Assembly: GCA_050084985.1 (NCBI GenBank)
Contig: JBITNC010000001.1
Coordinates: forward strand, 141,918,001 to 141,982,000
Source: Nageia nagi
Lineage: Eukaryota; Plantae; Pinophyta
Direction: 5' to 3'
DNA length: 64,000 nucleotides
Below are positions 52,555-64,000 of this stretch, in pieces. The notes under the pieces were generated by a model. It worked only from the letters and a program-made list of their open reading frames with translations. It was not told where the DNA came from and searched no databases. Position 1 is the first letter of the stretch. Each line of letters starts with the position of its first letter. The position numbers and the translations under genes are program-made.

Positions 52555-54460
52555 TTTAGGCATTATAGTGCTAGTATCCTTGATATTTATTAGAAAAATA
52601 TGAACAATCCATCCTTAAAATTTAAGATAAATATAGAATGGAGGAGGTTTAACAAAACCTATAGGGGCTGGTGGAGGCAGTTCTACATTAAGAACATGGC
52701 ATTATTGGCAAAATATTTTCTTTTTCTATTCTTCATCCTTAATGCTTCTTGTTAAAAGTACATTTAACCAAGAATTCTTAATGCATAAAAAATAGAAATA
52801 TTTATTAGAGTTCATTTTAATTATTCCATAATATTGTAATATACAAAAAGATTTGACACACGAAGATTTGGTGCATTATTTCCCTTGTATTACTGAGTAG
52901 CTCTTTGTATTTATTTTTCAATGATAAATGGATATATAAGCATATCAAGCTTATCCCTTTACTGCTCAGGAAATTTTGAAGTAAGAGTTTTCTTTTTAGT
53001 AGGAGGTGCTTGGATTTTGAAATCTTGATTTCTAGGTGCTACTAACTTTTACAATATAGGATCTTTTTTTAGGATTTGTGATATCTTCTCCAATAGTTGT
53101 TGGACTTTACCTGGTGCTTGTTGTTGAATTAAAATTGGAATGTTAGCTATTTGTGTTTGTTGTGGTGTTAAAATTTAATCCTTTTAGCATTAAAATTACT
53201 TTTTTAGTAGTAGTAGTAGTAGTAGCTTGTGAGGTACCAATATCATATATGTAGATGCTCTTGTATTTACAATTATTGTTTGATTAGTAGAGACCATGGG
53301 TACTTGCAAATTCATCATTGTTATGTTTGATATTGGATCAGTAGGAGTATATGATTATTCTATAATTGGATGATATTCCATCATTTGATCATAATAAATC
53401 CCTAGATTTTGATGCTAATAAACTATGCATAAATTAGGTGAATGAGGATTAGCACAAGGAGGACACCATTGATTCATTCCAGATGGTCCATCTTCATTAG
53501 TGAATAATGATAACATAACCATGTTAGTAGATGGAGAGGCTTTATCATTAGAAGTTTGATATTGAGGGTATTTTCTTGGAAATATGTAATTATGCCTCTT
53601 ATATGTAGGATTCTTGTTCTATCTTTATGCTAGATTCAGCTAATTGGTTAGATTTCTTATGTTCATCTCAAGTTGCCTAATCCTCTCTTAAACTTGAGAT
53701 TTGCTATTTATATTTTTTATAAGAGGAGTAGGTAATATGAGTGGTTAAGACTAATAAAGGGATTTAGGATTTAATGTTAATTCTCTAGGATTAGGATTTA
53801 AAACTTTAGAATTCTTTTAGGGTAAATTAGAGAAATGAGATATTACACCCCTAGGAAGTAGCTTTCCACTAGCCACAAGAATCTCTTAAGCTCTTTTAGA
53901 AAATTCATATGCTCCTAGAATATTCTATGTTGATATAGTAATTTTCAAAGCTATATTTGGATGAAATTTTTTTTATGAAATATATGAGAGAATGATAAGC
54001 ATTCGATCTAATTCTTGTAGGAATTCTTTTCTAGATTTTTTTAAATCTTTAGTTGAAATCATCTATAGTTTCTTGATGATGTACTTTAATAGTAATGAAA
54101 TGATTACATAGAGAGAACTTATCTCAATCTTATTAAAAATTACTATCTAGAGCTTTACATAGGTATACCCTCATGTTTATAGACTAAGGAGGCAAAGTCC
54201 TAAACTATTCAATAACTTTATCAATAAATGAGAAATATTAAAGCCTCATCATGATCATGTAGTCATCAATATCTAGAGTGCTAGCAAGGAAGCCTACATC
54301 CTATCAATGTTAATAAGGATTTTTTCTATTTCCATCATACTTAAGAAGTAATTTCATGGCTTTTTAAGGGACTTTAAGTGATCTAGTAGGTATAGCTAAT
54401 GGACTCACATCATTCCAATCCAAAATAACATTTTGGACATTAGCTTTTCAATGAGCCATA
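52555..54460 (-). pseudogene. gag and protease N-terminus of the Tat-type element
   Basis: KLLLKYDG-type gag start, WCPPCANPHSPNLC zinc knuckle near 53425-53470, and KPPPFYIYLKF...TSTIMPK protease start at about 52556-52650. Confidence 0.8.
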
Positions 54461-57400
54461 CTAAGAATAGGAGGAGAAAATGCACTTTTAAGTGGAAAAA
54501 CTCTCAAAAAATATCTACTGTATGAAATAGGATTATATCTCCTCTTATCCCTTCTTAAAAGAATTAGAAGTTCTAAGAACCTAGGCTACTAAGTGTTTCT
54601 AGTGGTATTTCTAGTAAGTCTGGGCTATGGAGGTTTCAAGGTTCACCTAAATGACTTATTTTGATACTAGAGTTGTAAAAAAGGTTTTAAAATTATCTAA
54701 TAAAAGTATTATAGCGTAAGGATGACTTTAATTGACTAGCTTTTAATAGCTAAAATCACCAAAAACATGCTTATGTTCAATTGGAATAAATGATCCCATT
54801 AAGCATCATAAAAATAAAGGAACTATTATTGATCACAAAAGTATAAATTGGTGATCCTACTGAATCCAATATCCATTCCATAATTTAGAAAGTGGTTTTT
54901 GAATGAAAAAGGATGATAGGATAGTGCACTTTTGAATTAATATCCCTACTCAATCTCTAGAATAGATTAGCTCCTTATAGTATGGAGGTAAAAAGTACAT
55001 GAACAAGATAAAAAAGAGCAACTATAGATATGAAAATAGTAAATACTAACTTAAAGGATCTAAAAATTCAAATGCTACAAAGGAAATAATACAAAATAAA
55101 ATAAATTTATCAAGGTCAAGAACTATTGGATTAGGTTGTATTCCATAACTAAAATCTATGAACAACAAGTTGGCCCAGACTTAGGCTCCCACAATTGCAT
55201 CACAAAGTCACAAACATAATGACATGCATTTATAAATCCAAAGTTAACAAATAAAATAGCCATAAGTGTAAGAGGGAAAATAGATTCTATTAGCTTTAAA
55301 ATAAGAAGATGTGTACCTACAAAAGGGTAACAATGCTCAAAGTTTAACCCTTTTACTATCTATTTATAGTTATTTATAGAAAATTTTACAATATGGGGAG
55401 ATAAGCCTCCATGACTCCTACATAAGTATAAGAATTTAATGTCTATATGACTATCTATAATATTTTGTAATCAACTATTGTTTGTATTTATTCTTAGGTG
55501 GTTGTTGGATCTGTGAATTATTCCAATAATTTCTTCATGAAGAAGATGGTTATAGACCTTTTGTAGTAATTGTTTGAAATTTCTTCATTTGGATTTTATC
55601 TGTATTTAGTCATTCCAAATGATTTGTGAAATAGGTACTTGTTGTATTCTACTTATACCATGTTTCAATCTTCTTGGCTTTGCAATTACAACATTAACTA
55701 TTTTTGGTTCATTGATGTATACAACTTTGTTATTTGTTTTGATAACAATTCTTAGGTGAAAAGATCGATCTATAATGTATATATCTTGGTGTAGTCAAGT
55801 TTCTATTTCATGGTAAAATATGTGTTATATTAACCCATTGTCATAGGTATAGGGGTTCCACATTTATATTGGATAAATGTAAGTATTGGCATGAATGTGT
55901 AGTGCCTCATGATAGTTGTTTTCTTTCTCTAGGTGTTATGCACTAGTACCCTTTAAGGCTTCTAAGTTTGGGAGATTCTAGCTACTAGATAGTCATTAAT
56001 TTTTAAAAATCCTTGGGATTTATTTATTGTTGATTCTATCATTTAGGTTCCTAGTATTTTACATTTGGGATATATTAGGTCATAAAAATTCTTTGGGTTC
56101 TATTATCTATTATTATTTACCTATAGAATCTGAGACTTTTAAATACAGGGATAATAACTCTTTGGCAAAACTTCCCTAATTCTAAAATCCAATGCTAGTC
56201 AATCACCACCTTTGGTCTTATAGGGTACATAGGATTGAGGGTATTTATATTTGGTGATAAAATTATCAAGAAAAATTCCCTCGACTCTAGCTGCATGTTA
56301 TACTTAATAATATTTTGAGATATAGTTAATAGCTTCCAAAAAGGTTCCTAGGTTCTTGAAGATACTAAGTATTTATAACTTAATGAACACAAAAATATAT
56401 AAGTGAGGGAAGAAAAGATACGATAAATAAAATAGGAATAGGACTTAGCAAAATTTGGAAGGGAAAAATAGTTACCCTTACAAAAATGTTGTGAAACACA
56501 ACATAAACTTATGTTACTAACCACATGTTAATATTAGGAACCTAGAAAACATCTCATAGATTCATTTCTTTTATTAAAACTTTCTTGTTTTACAAATACG
56601 AGATTATCTATATATCAATAAAGTTATTAGCTTACCTTCACAAAGGTGAGTATATTTGAATATTAATTAAACTTATTTCTTTTGATATTATTTAAACCTT
56701 ATAATCATACAAAAACATTTATAGAATATTATATATTCAAATCATTTCATTTAACAACCAATTTATAGATATTAAAAGGAACAAATAGGTCAAGATAAGG
56801 ATGAAAAATATGGTCCATGATACACTTCCCTTATTTTCTTAAATACAATCTCATATGTTTGAACAATAAATAGATTAGGAAATTATTGTTTCATGGTGTC
56901 CATATCCTCTCAAGTGGAATTATTTTTTGAATATTGGTCCCATTGAATCTTTCACTATTCTATTTTATAATTTCTAGGCATATTTGTATAAGTTCTCATA
57001 ATTATTATAGGTTTAACTTCAACAAACAAAAGATCTATCAACTATAATTTTTTGACATCCTAGATATGTGAGGGATCAGGTAGATATTTCTTTAGGAGTG
57101 ACACATGGAAAACATTAGGAATATTTGCTAGGCTAGATGGAATATCAAGATGATAAGTAATAGGATTCATATTTTTAATAATAGATAAAGGTACAACAAA
57201 TATTGCTACTAATTTAGAAGATTTGATTGAACTCTTATGAGGCCTAACCCTAAAAAAAGCTTTATCCCCGATAGTGAACTACTTAGGAGTTGTCTTGATA
57301 TATGTTATAATTTTTTGTCCATCAAAATCTTCCTTGAACTTCTTTTGAATATTCTTAAGATGATATTCTATTACTCAAATTTAGGCTCAATGATTACTTT

Positions 57401-57528
57401 ATCATCCAAGTTATCCCAAGAAATGGGTGTTCTACATTTTTTATTGTAAATAACTTCGAATGATGCCATACCATTTACTGTTGATATGAATTATCATATA
57501 CAAACTCAAATAGATGCAAAATTTATTC

Positions 57529-58593
57529 TACTACTATATTTTAGTAATTTTATGTCATACCATACACCATAAAATTACATTTTGACTTTGAGATGCAAGA
57601 TGCATCACTATTTTGCATGTCTACGTTAATCTAGATAAAAACATTTTTTTGATGCATTGGTTTATGCATTACTTGATGCATTTTATTGCATAAAGTGATA
57701 CATGGAATAGAAAAAAAAGGTGTGGATCATGCACACAAATCATGGCATGATCTGCTATTGATTGTTGATGCATTCCCTTGATCAATGATGGAGTTTTAAT
57801 GGTGAGTATGATGCCATTGATGAGTAAATGAAGGAGATTTCCATTTATAAGGGCATTTTTAGGGATATAGGTTTGCATTTTAATGATACAGGTCTGCAAG
57901 AGATGAACACAAGTTGGAGAACATAGATAGTAGTGTGTATATACATTTTGTGGTAAGAAAAATATGTATTGCATACTTCAACCACCCACAAACTTTGGAA
58001 GAGGAGGCACTCAAATTTTGGTGGATTCCCATGAAGTTTTTGACTATATGATCATGGAATATGATAATTTTAGGTTACCAAAGATATGAGTTTCCTTAAC
58101 AAGCATTGAAATTATTTCACCAAATGCAATAAAAATTAGTAGTAGTCCAACCAAATGAATTCACCTTTCCCAGCATGCTTCAAAGTGAGATATTTGCAAA
58201 AGGGTTTATACATACATCAAAGACTCTTTAAAATAAAAAACTTTATCAAATGTTATGGTTGTGAGTACCCTGTTAGACATATATGCAAAATATGGAAGCA
58301 TAGAGAAGACATATGAATTGTTTGACAAGATGCAAACCCTCATTCCTATAATTTTGACATATACCTATAATTTTGATGCTATACATGATGCTTTATATGT
58401 CATGTATAGCATCAATTATTTGACACTCATAACTTGATATATGATGCAAGGAATGATGCTATACTTGTACAAATGATGCTTTGTTCGATATTATCTTTAG
58501 CATCAATTGATGCATCATGGTTTATACAATTAAAAAAAAAAATACTATGGATTGAAAAATGGTATGACAAAAAATAGCTAAAATATAGTAGTG
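57529..58593. mobile_element. Non-autonomous CACTA element carrying a PPR gene fragment (Pack-CACTA-like)
   Basis: TIRs of about 35 bp: (T)ACTACTATATTTTAG..TGTCATACCAT and ATGGTATGACA..CTAAAATATAGTAGTG. 3-bp flanks TTC/TTT. TGATGCA subterminal repeats. The integrase frame of the host element rejoins across it. Confidence 0.85.
58024..58335 (+). pseudogene. PLS-class PPR fragment inside the CACTA element
   Basis: DSHEVFDYM..SWNMIILGY..ALKLFHQMQ..QPNEFTFPSML..IHQR..VVSTLLDIYAKYGSIEKTYELFDKM. Confidence 0.88.
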
Positions 58594-61500
58594 TTTCCAT
58601 TTATTAGGACTATCCATGCAATACATCTTGATCATGTCTTCTAGAATCTAGTTTGTTCTTTTTATTTACCCATCAATTTCAAGTTGGTAGGTTAAGCTAA
58701 AGTTTAGTTTAGTTCCTACTTCCTCATGCATGCATGCCAACATTATAAGGTAAATTTATTATCATAGTAGGAAAATATTCTTTGTATAAATCCATGCAAT
58801 TGTAATATTTCTTTCATGAATTTATGATCTATGGTAATAACAATATTAGCAAGTTTGGTCAATCTATCCATAACTACAAAAATAGAGTCATGGCAAAATC
58901 TAATTTGTTTCAACCATCTATGAAGTTAATGTTGATAGATTTCCTTTTTTGTGTACTAATCTCATGTGGATGCAAGTTTTTAGCTAGTATAATTTATTCT
59001 ATCTTGACCTTTTACACCAGTAAAATTATTTCTTTATATTTTCTCTCATCTTGATTATTCCTAAATGAGTAGAGAAGGGTGTGACATGAAATTTATACAT
59101 GATTTATTTACATAAGTTTCCCTTAAGAGGAATAACTATTCTATCTCCAAAATACAACAACTCATCATTTTTTATTAAGAAACCATCTTGTATACCTTGT
59201 TGTATTCTCTATTTTTGGTTAATCCAAAAAGTATCCTATGTTTATACATAAATGGTCTTTCTTTGAGATTAGGACTATAGCTTAAGATAGCTAATAGTTC
59301 ATGTATTTTCCTACTTAGTGCATTGGAAACCTTATTCTATTTTCCCTTGACATACTCCACTAAAAACTTCATCCAATGTTACTATTTAGCATTAGGAGTG
59401 GGCTGAGTAAACATATATTGTAAACTATAGTGATCTATTTTTAAATAGAAAGATCTTCCTAGAAAGTAATATCATCATATTTTAAGGGCATGCACAACAT
59501 CTATAATCTATAAGTCATGTGTGCAATAATTTCTTTTGTGCTATTTGAGTTTGTGTTACCCCTAAGCCACTCCATGGTAACATCACCCAAATCCTCTCCA
59601 TAAGCATCAATACAAATTGTGAAGTCTTTTTATGGGTTTTAAGGTTTAAATACAAGGTTGAGGTTAATTTTTATTTCAATAGGTTAAATGCAACTTCATA
59701 AGAAATTCTATTTCTCTTTCTTTGCAATTGAGTTATGGGATAAGCTACCTTAAAGAAATAATTTACAAATTTATTAAAATAACTTGCTAGACCCATGAAA
59801 CTTCATAATTTAGACACATTGGTAAGGGTTGGAAAATCCATAATTACCTCTATCTTATTAGGATCAACTATTAATCCTTTGGTAGAAATGATGTGGCCAA
59901 GATATTGAACTTGTTGAGTATAAAACTCACACTTGGATATTTTTCTATATAATTAGTTCCTTTTCAGGATCTCTAGTGTTAAACTCAAATATTAATCATG
60001 TTCCTTCTTATTTTTTGAGTAAATCAAAATATAATCTAAAAATACTAGCACAAACTTATCTAAAATTCCCTAAATACATTGTTTATCAAGTTTATAAATG
60101 CTTATGGTGCATTTGTCAATCCATAAGGTAAAATAGTGAATTCATAATGTTGATATCTAATTTTAAATATTATTTTATAAGTGTCCTAATCCTTGATTCT
60201 AAGTTGGTAATACTAAAACCTAACATCAATCTTTGAAGAAACACTAGTACCTTTTAGTTGATCAAATAAATTGTTAATCTTTCAAAGAGGATAATAATTA
60301 TTAATAGGTAATTTATTAAACATCTTGGAATTGATGCAATGTCTCATTGAGACATCAATTTTCTTTAAAAATAATACTAGTGCACCCTTGTATGATACAC
60401 TAGATATAATCATCCCTTTATCTTTAGTTCTTGCATGTCAATAGTAGTCATTTTGTATGGAAATTTAGAGATAGGTTCAGCTCCTGGAATTATTTTGATG
60501 AAAAAATCAAGCTCTCTCACTAAAGGTATGCTAGGATGTTCATCAAGAAAAATATCTTGATATTCTCTTAGTATTAGACATTGATGCATAGGATTAAATG
60601 ATTCAACATGGTCATTTTGATAGACTCTAATAGCAAAAAGTTGACATCTTTTCTTAACTACCTTGGCAAATTGCATGGATGTTAATGGATGTGTTTTAAA
60701 ATTCTTTTTCAAACTGAGTAACTAAATTTTTTCTCCATTTTCTTTTGTTACCCTAACAAATTATTCAGGAATATCAATCTTATCTTTAGGTGATAATAAC
60801 TAGTCCATCACTAAGATGACATCATATGAGGGTAATGGAACCACATGCAAGGGTATTTTTGACTTAAAATCAAGTAAGGATACTATTACATTAGGTAGAA
60901 ATTATCTTACTTTATGCATTTAAATAGATGAAAACTCAACATTCCATTGTTCATGCATTCTTTCAGATTTTATGAGTAATTTATCTAGAATGTATGAAGA
61001 AATGAAGCTCTCAATAGCACCATAGTTAATCAAAATGAAAAAAATTGATCAAAAATATTATCTTTAAGCATTATGGTAAAGGTATAGTTTTCCAATTCAT
61101 ATTGGTTAGTAGTAGCATAGATCATATGATGGTTCTTTTTGGCATCCTTTTTATCACCCTTGTAATCATTCTTGTTGGTACATTGTGTAAGATAATGCCT
61201 ACCCCCACAATAGAAAACCTAGTTTTAGGAAAGGTGGGTTTACTTTGGTTCTATTTTTTGTATTTATAATTTCTTTCATTATGATTGGTTTTGGATTCTT
61301 AACATCTCTATTAGTATTATCATCCTAATGATTCTTATTTCCAAATTTGTTTAGACAATTATTTGAGCCTTTTCCTTTTTTCTTTTCATCATCGATTTAG
61401 TTCTTCTTCTAATTCTCTAACCAACATAGTTGACTTCAAATATTTGTCTTTTCACCCCTTTTTTTTATCATTTTTAGTATTATGGTAATGTTTGGATGCA

Positions 61501-64000
61501 ACTCTCCTTGATGCTTGATTCATTTCTTCCCTCTTGGTAAGGTTAAAATATTTTTTAACTATATCAAGATCATGGAGATTTATAGTTGTTCTACTTCTTA
61601 TTTCCAAATCCAAAATGAAATTTTAGGTTTTTTAGCTTTTCATCACTTTCAAAAGTTGGCATGTATTTTAAGATTTCAATGAATTTTAGATAGTATGCTT
61701 CCATAGTCAATTATTTTTCCAACTATAAAAATTCATTATGTCATTCTACATAGAACTAATTAGTCAGTATCCATCTTTATAAAGCCTAAATGTTTTTTAT
61801 GCAATTTATATTAGTGACTTGCTTTTCAATATTGGATAAGTATGTGTTCCACCATTATAAATAAAATTTAGTTAGATTCATTCCTTCCATATTCAATTAT
61901 GTATGAGAAACATAGCCTTTTATGGTGAAGTAGGTATTTAGTTCTATCAACTAGTTTTTAGCTTCATCAACATTCTTTCTATTGAACTTGGTTAACTAGA
62001 AATATCTCATATCATTGGTCAAATTAACTCAAACTTGATATCTTAGTTGTAGCATAAGATCATAGTGATCAAGTATTCCTACATTAATCCTTGGATGAAT
62101 AACTTTGAGTTATTTAATAAGTTTTTAGTTTTCTTGCATTTGTTTTCTAATTTGTTCCATGGTTGTTGCCATGGCTACCATTTTGTTATTGAAATATACT
62201 TATTGGATATTATGATTTGGTTTATAAATTATTAGGATGATTATATTTTGTATCCTATAGGTTTTGGATTGGGTTACCCCTTCTAGCTCTACCTCTACCT
62301 CAATTCCCACCTCTTCCTTGGTTTCCACCTTTTCCCCTTTGAGTCTCAACCATTGTTACCTATATAAAGAAAAATAATTTATTGAGTTCTTAGACTTCAA
62401 AAATCTATTCTTATCATGGGCTTTTTCACCATATGTAAGATACCAATTCCTCCTAATAGATAATGGTATCCAAAACTTCATTTACTTCAATAGGTAATAA
62501 ATTTCTTTTTGAAATGAAATACATAAAAAATAGAAATCACTAAGGACTAAGCTTATCAAAATATTAAAAGTACTATTGTATACATAGATAATATTTATAA
62601 ATAATAGATAATACCCATCTTTAGACTCTATGCTACTAATTTCTCTTTTATAAATAAACCCAATGATGTGTGATGGAACTCTTCTTTGAATTCCCAATTC
62701 ATCATGAGGTATTCCAAATATGGATTTTTGTATACTCCTTACTTTAGTAACCATATTACAATAACATGATTTATATTCTTATTACATTCATAATTTCATA
62801 ATCATGTTTGTATGGATTGGTTTTAAAACATATTCACCATTTTAGGAGTCTTAATCTTGGTGAAAATGGTTTGCAAATAAATTTCTAACAATAGCCATCA
62901 TTACCATAAGGATATAAATAAATATATTTCAAGATTATTAACATATTTTTTATAGGAAGAAACTACTACACAATTATATTACCTACCTTCATTATTCCTT
63001 GATTTATTTATCTGGATTTTCCAAGGTCTTGTTGCTACCACATCGCTCATTAGTTGGTTTTGTTATCCATTATTTGAAGAAACACCCACCAACTAGCATA
63101 ATTTATATGTGTTATAGAAATAAATTTTTAGACTTAATGTTGCTTTTTATAACTTTTACATTTCAAGTTTTCAACTTGTAATTTTTTTATTGCATTATTG
63201 TTCATAAGTCTCTCATGTAATTCCACTCTTGTATTGATGGATTTATCTAATGATTTAACCATACAAATAATTTGATGGTTTGGTAACAAAATCCTTTACA
63301 TATACTCTACAAGGAGTTTATAATAATTAAGATAAGTTTCAATCTAATCAATTTCACATCTAAAATATTATTTGTTATCAGATAGAGTAATTGTATATAA
63401 TAGTCTCTATTAGTTAGTGAAATTTTTTCTTAACAATGATACTATAAATTGCAAGGTTTATACCCAATGTAATCAATTTGAAACTCAATAGTAAGCATCA
63501 TTTTCAAATAAAATAATAAGGCTTTTTTTTATATCATGTATTCAATTTTTTAAATCTGAAATATACTTTTTGGCATGCACTTGTTGCATTAAAATCATAT
63601 GTTAATTGTAATACTTCTAATATATCAAAACTCATGTTAAAATAATCTCACATAGGGATGAGATTATCTTATTTGTGCTGAATGAGTATCTCTATAAAAA
63701 TATAAGTAACATAATACTTGTAAATATCAGCTTGTTGAAGTTAAAACTATTATATCTATAGAAAATCTGAATGTTTAACATCACTACAAAATTCATTATT
63801 GGGTTGTGTTCAAAATACTGAAATGTAAAACATATATGTATCATAACACTTGCAACACAAGCATCCACTGTAAGTATCAAATATATAGTGTATATGTAAT
63901 AATATTAGGTTCAAAATTTACCAAGTTCAATTCTTTATTAGTTTCCTACAACAAAGTTTTCATTCTCCTATACTTCAATAAATATTAATAGTGAGATAGG

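Larger units (their letters stand above)
38690..54650 (-). mobile_element. Tat-type Ty3/gypsy element (gag-PR-aRH-RT-RH-INT plus extra 3' ORF), interrupted by a LINE; LTRs not resolved
   Basis: Colinear decayed domains on the minus strand. The protease frame ...TSTIMPK|AIAKEMNL... rejoins across the LINE insertion. Confidence 0.85.
56820..62353 (-). mobile_element. Decayed chromovirus (Tekay/Del-like) Ty3/gypsy gag-pol, interrupted by a CACTA element; LTRs not resolved
   Basis: RG-rich gag start at 62353, FYCGGRHYLTQC knuckle, protease near 60750-61050, RT (PGAEPISKFPYKM, LFDQLKG, PYGLTNAP), RNase H, integrase (ILEDM, NVFHVSLLKKY.PDPSH) and a chromodomain-like tail ending FPNLF. Confidence 0.88.

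Noticed and set aside
50954-52603. Plus-strand hydrophobic ORFs (F/I/L-rich) suggesting membrane proteins
   Set aside because: They are antisense shadows of the K/E-rich LINE ORF1 and ORF2.
52688-52697. GGCATTATT as the right-hand TSD of the LINE
   Set aside because: The protease coding of the Tat element continues to 52555, where a perfect 11-bp TSD restores the frame.
54650-56800. LTRs of the Tat element and of the chromovirus
   Set aside because: LTR-like in position, but I found no partner repeat or TSD in the window, so boundaries cannot be supported.

Overview
This is AT-rich, strongly CpG-depleted plant nuclear DNA made almost entirely of old, nested, decayed transposable elements. 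No intact host gene, RNA gene or CRISPR array is present. A large gymnosperm genome is the likely source (inference from a Tat-type element with PR-aRH-RT order, PLS-class PPR fragments and heavy C>T decay). Elements resolved with target-site duplications (TSDs): two non-autonomous Ty3/gypsy elements carrying only gag and protease (1939-7315, 8596-15119); a relative of the second that carries a long coiled-coil ORF instead (21115-26923); a 6.75-kb L1-clade LINE (45801-52554) inside a Tat-type gypsy element; a 5'-truncated poly(A)/TSD retrocopy (19079-20885); and a 1.07-kb CACTA element carrying a PPR fragment (57529-58593) inside a chromovirus. Copia and L1 ORF1 remnants are also present. The most striking observation is a conserved extra ORF ('ORF3') between ORF2 and the poly(A) tail of the LINE. 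A diverged homologue sits in the independent retrocopy, suggesting a tricistronic LINE lineage. All coding regions were translated by eye across stops and frameshifts, so internal domain boundaries are approximate.
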